Made by a program: the position numbers and the translations under genes | Shown: positions 9,431 to 15,437 of the stretch, piece after piece | Position numbering within the stretch: position 1 is the stretch's first letter | Layout of the letters: each line of letters begins with the position of its first letter | DNA from: Octopus sinensis | Lineage: Eukaryota | Direction: 5' to 3' | Assembly (NCBI RefSeq): GCF_006345805.1 | Contig: NW_021825631.1 | Coordinates: 1 to 15,437 of the forward strand | DNA length: 15,437 bases | Notes under the pieces: model-generated | What the model saw: the letters and a program-made list of their open reading frames with translations, nothing else | Told to the model about the DNA's origin: nothing | Databases searched by the model: none

Positions 9431-9514
9431 AAGTACCCTGAAGAGATTCTTACCCACAAACATGGATTTTTATAATTTTATTATGGGTAAGAATCGAAAC
9501 AATTGTATGTAATT
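9431..9514 (+). ncRNA. Minimal type I hammerhead ribozyme motif, intact core
   Basis: CUGAAGA 9438-9444; perfect 12-bp stem II 9445-9456/9484-9495 closed by G-C; GAAA 9496-9499; palindromic stem III ACAAUUGU 9499-9506; GUA triplet 9505-9507. Stem I is imperfect (5 of 7 pairs). Confidence 0.78.
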
Positions 9515-9553
9515 TGTATTTAATATATATTATTTATTATATTATATTATATA

Positions 9554-9917
9554 GAGGTGCAATGGCCCAGAGGTTAGGGCAGCGAACTTGCGATTTCGAT
9601 TTCCAGACTGGGCGTTGTGAGTGTTTATTGAGCGAAAACACCTAAAGCTCCACGAGTCTCCGGCAGGGGGTGGTAGCGAACCCTGCTGTACTATTTCACC
9701 ACAACTTTCTCTTACTCTTTCTTCCTGTTTCTGTTGTACCTGTATTTCAATGGGGCCAGCCTTGTCGCACTCTGTTTCACGCTGAATTTCCCCGCGAACT
9801 ACATTAAGGGTACACGTGTCTGTGGAGTGCTCAGCCACTTGCACGTTAATTTCACGAGCAGGCTTTTCCGTTGATCGGATCAACTGGAACCTTCATCGTC
9901 ATAACCTACGGAGTGCC
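9554..9917 (+). mobile_element. SINE family B
   Basis: Head ggtgcaatggcccagaggttagggcagcg..tttcgatttcc and full body to ggagtgcc. Confidence 0.92.
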
Positions 9918-9976
9918 ACGATCATATTATATTATTATACGAATATACTATAATATAATATATTAATAAATTTTAT

Positions 9977-10227
9977 GTACATTCAACGGATATTTGTCCT
10001 CATCTTGTTTGTTGTTAACACAACATTTCGGCAAATATGCCCTCCAGCCTTCATCAGGTGTCTTGGGGAAATTTCAAACCTGGGTTCTCATTCCTACGGT
10101 ATTTTTCGATATTATTATTATCATTATTTTTATTATTATTATTATTATTATTATTCAGGTCGCTGCCTGGAATCGAACTTGGAATCTTGTTGTTAGTAGC
10201 CCACGCTCTTAACCACTACGCTACGGT
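9977..10227 (-). mobile_element. tRNA-headed element with (AAT)n linker and hammerhead-bearing tail
   Basis: Minus strand: A box TAGCGTAGTGG (10223-10213), B box GTTCGATTC (10178-10170), (AAT)n, then a roughly 135-nt tail containing CTGATGA..GAAA. Confidence 0.85.
10017..10062 (-). ncRNA. Minimal hammerhead motif, partly decayed
   Basis: gacac CUGAUGA a ggcug gagggcauau uugcc GAAA uguu guguu. Stem I is 5 bp, stem II is weakened and position 15.2 is U. Confidence 0.6.
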
Positions 10228-10269
10228 AGTTCGATTCCAGGTAATTACCTGAATAATAATAATGATAAT

Positions 10270-10307
<38 letters not shown>

Positions 10308-10517
10308 ACAACAACAACAACAACAACAACACCAACATCGAAAACTACTTTAGGAATGAGAACCCAAGTTCGCAATTTCCCCAAGACACCTGATGAATGC
10401 TGGAGGGTATATCAGCGGAAACGTTGTGTTAACAACAAACAAGATAAGGACAAATATACGTCAAATGTAAATAACGTAAATAATGTATATAATTCCTCAC
10501 CTCTTAAATATAGAACG
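10228..10517 (+). mobile_element. 5'-truncated second copy of the tRNA-head/hammerhead element, inverted relative to the first
   Basis: Starts at the B box gttcgattccagg (10229), followed by an (AAT)/(AAC)n linker and a tail 10337-10470 that is the reverse complement of about 9977-10110. Confidence 0.85.
10385..10430 (+). ncRNA. Minimal type I hammerhead ribozyme motif
   Basis: gacac CUGAUGA a ugcug gaggguauau cagcg GAAAC GUU guguu. Stem I gacac/guguu, stem II ugcug/cagcg, palindromic stem III ACGU (10421-10424). Confidence 0.72.
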
Positions 10518-10547
10518 GTAGTACTAGTTGTTGTTGTAGTGGTATGT

Positions 10548-11233
10548 TGGTATGGTGGAATGGTTAAGAAGCTCTACTTGCAACCGTGTGACTTCTCGAG
10601 TTTAATCCCACTGCGTGGCACCTTGGGCAGGTGTCATCCATTATAGCCCCGAACCGACCAAAGCCTTATGAATGAATTTGGCTGACGGAAACTTTGAAGA
10701 AGCCTGTCGTATATTTGCATGTATGTATGTATGTAATGTATGTATGTATGTATGTATGTATGTATGTATGTATGTATGGTTGTATGTATGTATGGTTGTA
10801 TGTATGGTTGTATGTTTGTATGTATGTATGTATGTATGTATGTATGTATGTTTGTATGTATGTATGTATGTATGTTTGTATGTATGTATGTATGTTTGTA
10901 TGTATGTATGTTTGTATGTATGTATGTATGTATGTATGTTTGTATGTATGTATGTATGTATGTATGTGTGTGCGTATGTATGTGTGTGTGTGTATGTATG
11001 TGTGTGTGTATGTATGTGTGTGTGTATGTATGTGTGTGTGTATGTATGTGTGTGTGCATGTATGCATGCGTGTGTATGTATGTATTTATGTATGTATGTA
11101 TGTGCGTGTGTCCTTCTGTTTGTGCTTGCGCTCCTCCATAAACCAAACGTTGTTGGCTTGTTTACGTCCCGTAACTCTTCACTACGAGCGATCAACGAAA
11201 TAAGGACCAGACTAAAAAATGAATGAATAAATA
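10548..11233 (+). mobile_element. SINE family A with a greatly expanded internal (TATG)n/(TG)n tract
   Basis: Head and 5' body at 10548-10712 (cccactgcgtggcaccttgggcag..gacggaaact..gaagcctgtcg), about 385 bp of microsatellite at 10718-11102, then a decayed 3' body (tgtttacgtcccgtaact). Confidence 0.8.
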
Positions 11234-11234
11234 A

Positions 11235-12335
11235 ATGGTGGTGAAAGTAAAAATGGTGGTGATGGTGGTATTAGTAATGGTAGTGGCAGAAGTGGTGATG
11301 GTGGAGGTGTAGTGACGAAGGTAACATGATGATGATGATGGTGGCGATATTCATAGCCGCAATGATGATGTTGATGATGGAAGACCCGGTCGGTAGTGAT
11401 GGTCATGGACAAGATGTGGTGATGGTGATGGAGGTAATAATGATGATGATGGTGATGATGATGATCATGATGGTGATGATGATGGTGACGATGAAGGCTT
11501 GGTGGTGGAAATAAAGGTAGCAGTGATGGTTAATAGCGGTGAGAAGTGATGAAACTACCAGTGGTGATGGATATAATTATGGTGGTGATTTTGATGGTGG
11601 TGGTGGTGATGAATGTAGGTGGGAGGGGTGGTGATAGTGGTGTTTACGATCGTAGTTGTGGTGATGGTGATGGTGATAATGCTGCTGATGATGGTAGTGA
11701 CGGTGTTGGTGATGGTGGTGGTGGTGGTGGTGGTGGTGGTGGTGGTGATGATGGTGGTGATGGTGGTGGTGGTGGTGGTGATGATGGTGGTGATGGTGGT
11801 GGTGGTGGTGGTGGTGGTGATGATGATGATGGTGGTGATGGTAGTGGTGGTGATGCTGGTGGTTATGGTTATAGTAATGGTGGTGATGGTGGTGGTGGTG
11901 GTGGCGGTGACGGTGATGGTATGGTGGTGGTGGCGGTGATGAAAGTAGGTGGTAGAGGTGGTGATAGTGGTGCTTATGATCGTAGTTGTGGTGTTCGTGA
12001 TGGTGGTGGTGGTGGTTGTGATGTTGGGGTTGTAGGGATGATGATGGCGGTGGTGGTGGTGGTTGTAGGGATGATGATGGCGGTGGTGGTGGTGGTGGTT
12101 GTGATGGCGTTGGTAGTGGTAGTGGTGGTGAGGGCAGAAGTAATGGTATCAATGGCGATAGTTGTGGTGATGACAGTGATGGGGGCGTCGGTGGTGGCGG
12201 TGGTGGTATTGGTCGTGGTGGTGATGGTGGTAGTGGCGGCGACAGTAATGGACGTGGTGGTCATGGGCTTGATTGTAAATGGTTGCTACGTTAGTATTGG
12301 TGGCGGTGGCGGCGGCGGCCGCGATGGTAGTGACA
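11235..12335. repeat. Degenerate (GGT/GAT)n trinucleotide field with internal 330-bp and 33-bp duplications
   Basis: The motif atgaaNgtaggtggNagNggtggtgatagtggtg..gatcgtagttgtgg occurs at 11609 and 11939. ggttgtagggatgatgatggcggtggtggt occurs at 12028 and 12061. Confidence 0.9.
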
Positions 12336-12394
12336 ATGGTTGTATAGCAGTAACGTCGATGCCAGTCTGAGTTACTCCATTGGTGTAGCTACCG

Positions 12395-12505
12395 TGGCTA
12401 CTGCTGCTGCTACTGCTACTGCTGCTACTGCTGCTACTGCTGCTGCTGCTGCTGCTTTTGCTTCTGCTGCTGGCGATGAGGAGGAATGGCGGCGGCGGCG
12501 GCAGT
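12395..12505. repeat. (CTG/CTA)n and (GGC)n trinucleotide tracts
   Basis: Direct reading. Confidence 0.9.
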
Positions 12506-12636
12506 GAGGGGGTGCGAAATAGTGAGAGTACCAGCGCGGAGTAGGTGGGGGTATGATGCTTGTGATGATGGTGGGCGGATAAGGGTATTGATTGATGTAG
12601 CAACGCGAGATGATGGGTGCAGGGTGTGCGTGTGTA

Positions 12637-12674
<38 letters not shown>

Positions 12675-12727
12675 TGTGTAAATTTTGCCGCCAAAATGAT
12701 GGACGGCTATTCTTTTCACGCTTCGCT

Positions 12728-12741
12728 GCGCCATCTATCGC
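12728..12741 (-). promoter_or_regulatory. Weaker candidate CTCF-like motif
   Basis: Minus strand GCGATAGATGGCGC fits CCRSYAGRKGGCRS at 12/14 positions. Confidence 0.3.
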
Positions 12742-12794
12742 CAACGTTCAGTGACTGACCACTGATAGGCACCGTATGTTTTCACTGCTACTCT

Positions 12795-13432
12795 GTATGT
12801 GTGTATGGGTTATGTATTCATGTATATATGTATATGTATGTATATATGATTCTGTACTTATGTATGTGTGATGTACTTATGTACGTATGTATGCTTGAGG
12901 TACATATGTATGTACACACACACACATATGTGTGTGTACATATACACACATACGCACACATATATGTATATATATATATATATATATGCATATGTATATA
13001 TATATATATACACATTTATATATGCATATATACAAATATATATGTATGCATATATATGTATATAAGTGTACATATACATATCCATACATATAAATATTCA
13101 TACATATATATAATGTACACATATACATAAATACACATACATACGCATACATATATATGTATATGTATGTATATATATATATATTTGTGTGTATATATGT
13201 ATGTATGTGCACGCGCGCGTGTGTGTACATGTCATGTCTAAGCTCAGTCAGTTTTTTTCTTGATAAGGGAATTTTAAACCCGAAATATTGAAATATAAAT
13301 AAAAAGCGTATACCTTTACGTTTCAGTTTCCTTCCGTTACCTCCTCCCCTGTCTTTCCAGTTTGAGGTGATTTACTCAGTTATTCTCGACTCGGTTTCCC
13401 AATTCCTCAAATAAACAATAATGCTGAATATC

Positions 13433-13481
<49 letters not shown>

Positions 13482-13632
13482 GCACATCTACAAAATACAT
13501 AGATACACACACAAGTCACATATACTCGTCAAAACTCGCCTATATACAGTTGTGTATGTATATACGTATATTATACACATACACACACACCACACCACAC
13601 CACACACACACACACACCACAATATATAATAT

Positions 13633-13665
<33 letters not shown>

Positions 13666-14020
13666 ACTTACATACTCGCTCGCTCACATACACATATAAA
13701 ACTTATTGTAAAACACATTTGGAACAGTCAAAATATTTAAAGAAATATTTTTTCAAAAATCTTGGAAATAGAATGATTACGTAACTAAGAGAATGAAGTT
13801 TTGTGTGAAAGCGCTTTTGTTGTCTATGTTTTCAAACACACGTGTTATGGGGGTACTGTATGCATATATATATTATATATTATATATATCTATATATATA
13901 TATATATATATATATTATATCTATATATATATACATATATATACATATATATGTATAACTATATATATATACACACACATGCATACATATATATATATAT
14001 ACAATATATGCACATATTGT
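12795..14020. repeat. (TA)n, (TG)n and (CA)n microsatellite fields with short unique spacers
   Basis: Tracts at about 12795-13230, 13435-13700 and 13860-14015. Confidence 0.9.
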
Positions 14021-14035
14021 TATATTTCGAGTGGG

Positions 14036-14322
14036 TCATTGTTTTTGCGAAATAAACACACGCACTATATATTCGTTCTTTACTTGTTTATTATTGTTCT
14101 TATTTTATATCTTATGTCTGGAAATCTTTCGTCACACATTCTGTGACCTCTTCAGCAGCTCTCCATCCCACGTGACTCCTCCTACCCTGTTATTCCAAAC
14201 AAGATGGATGGCGAACGATTTCCAGACACAGACCATAAAATAAGAACAGTGATAAAATAAATCTGAAGAGAAAAACGAAAATACAGTGCGTGTGTTTATT
14301 TGGCAAAAAAGACAAAAAATGA
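14036..14322. mobile_element. Divergent inverted pair of a hammerhead-bearing element tail (Penelope-like)
   Basis: 14042-14070 is the reverse complement of 14281-14309 at 27/29 positions. 14116-14131 is the reverse complement of 14212-14227 at 15/16 positions. ataaaataagaaca occurs in both arms. Confidence 0.75.
14118..14158 (-). ncRNA. Minimal type I hammerhead ribozyme motif, intact core
   Basis: cug CUGAAGA g GUCACA gaaug UGUGAC GAAA gauuuc cag: perfect 6-bp stem II, quasi-palindromic stem III AGAUUU, UUC triplet and 3-bp stem I. Confidence 0.75.
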
Positions 14323-14369
14323 CATGTACCAGTATGTTTCAACACACTATTTCACACGTGGAACTTTGC

Positions 14370-14690
14370 AAAACAAATACATAAACGTATATACACACGC
14401 ACGCGCGCAAACTCACACGCACACACACAGACACACGCACACACACGGACACACACACACGGACACACACACACGGACACACACACACACACACACGGAC
14501 ACACACACACACAGACACACACATGCACTCACACGCACACACATGGATACACACACTCACACGATCACACACGGACACACAGACAGACGCACACACACGG
14601 ACATACACATACACACTCACACGAACACACACACGGGGACACACACACACACTCACACACACAAACACACGCTCACACACACACATATAA
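14370..14690. repeat. Degenerate (CA)n with recurring ggacacacac units
   Basis: Direct reading. Confidence 0.9.
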
Positions 14691-14859
14691 AATATATATT
14701 CCTGTAACGAGCCTACGAAACACTAAGCTGCATAGTGCAAAATCAAACTGTTTTTTTTAATTAATTATAATGCAGCAGATAAGGTTTCTACAAATGTTTC
14801 GTTTATTCTCTTAAACAGCATGGCTATAACCGAGTTTACAGTAAATCACATTTCTCTAC

Positions 14860-14928
14860 GATGCCTCGCTGCAAAATTGAACCTGGTTGCCAAGTGAAGT
14901 TCTTAACCACTCAACTGTATTGCACCTA
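14860..14928 (-). mobile_element. Decayed tRNA-like SINE head
   Basis: Minus strand ggtgcaatacagttgagtggttaagaacttcacttggcaaccaggttcaatt. Confidence 0.45.
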
Positions 14929-15264
14929 GAATATAATGACACACGACTATATTAATGTAGAAAACAAAGCATGAGAGATTGTTTACATCATCTTACGTAC
15001 TTTTCATTAACGTAATGTTATTATTGGTTACGCAATTACATCATCAATATTTAGAGTAGAGATGACGGCTCACGACTGTAGTAAAAATGCTATGATAGAA
15101 CGTAATATAAATGGGGAATATATTCAATAAAATCGTAATCAACTGATCCCAACGCCAGGAATTTTTCAACATCCCCTTGCATATGCATATACAGATGGAA
15201 ACATTCAAGCAAATATGCACACATATACATACATGCATTCATACATACATGCATGCACACGCAC

Positions 15265-15437
15265 ATCCACACAGATGTGGCGTGGGTCTGTCACGCTGAG
15301 CCACAAGCCAAACGGCAGAAGATGGAGTGGAAACACCCAGGTTCGCCAGTGATGGAGAAATTCAAGACTCGACTTTCCGAAGAAACAGTGATGCTAACCG
15401 CTTCTGGGAATGCAAAAGGGTCTATACTGGTACATTA
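15265..15437 (+). pseudogene. Mariner (DD34D) transposase catalytic-domain fragment, decayed; runs off the window edge
   Basis: Frame +1 reads IHTDVAWVCHAEPQAKRQKMEWKHPGSPVMEKFKTRLSEETVMLTASGNAKGSILVH, matching the mariner pattern TGDETWV..Y.PE.K.QS..W...G...P.K.K.....KVM..VFWD.KG.IL. The FWD motif is obscured by a compensated frameshift (gct tc tgg gaat gca). Confidence 0.88.

Noticed and set aside
10165-10227. Possible genuine tRNA gene (also the heads near 4800-4861 and 7715-7775)
   Set aside because: A and B boxes are present, but there is no complete cloverleaf or acceptor stem and each continues into a repeat body, so these are SINE heads.
12286-12744. Minus-strand ORFs with poly-S, poly-A or poly-Q
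   Set aside because: They cross a (CA)n tract, alternative frames are equally open, the CAG frame is broken by TAG, and no domain is present.
3126-14707. Dozens of ORFs rich in HT, YI, CV, MYVC, poly-H, poly-V, poly-T or poly-P
   Set aside because: They are translations of di-, tri- and tetranucleotide repeats, open on several frames and strands at once, with no recognisable domain.

Overview
Repeat-saturated eukaryotic DNA with no supportable host-gene exon. The SINE families, microsatellite load and low GC resemble a coleoid cephalopod, probably Octopus; this is my recall of the repeat families, not a database result. Nearly all ORFs in the track are translations of (CA)n, (TA)n, (TATG)n, (CAC)n or (GGT)n tracts. 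The window contains three tRNA-headed SINE families (here called A, B and C), hAT-type ends and a decayed mariner transposase fragment at the right edge. The main signal is a set of minimal type I hammerhead-ribozyme motifs from four sequence-unrelated families: 9431-9514 (+), 10385-10430 (+) with its inverted twin 10017-10062 (-), 14118-14158 (-), and a decayed copy at 3925-3960 (-). All have the tiny palindromic stem III known from Penelope-like retroelements. Two families sit in divergent fold-back pairs, and one is fused behind a Pol III tRNA-like head, i.e. a SINE-like element carrying a ribozyme. The window also shows local inverted and tandem duplications, a 3 x 184 bp SINE-derived array, two CTCF-like motifs and a G-quadruplex motif in a small non-repetitive island.
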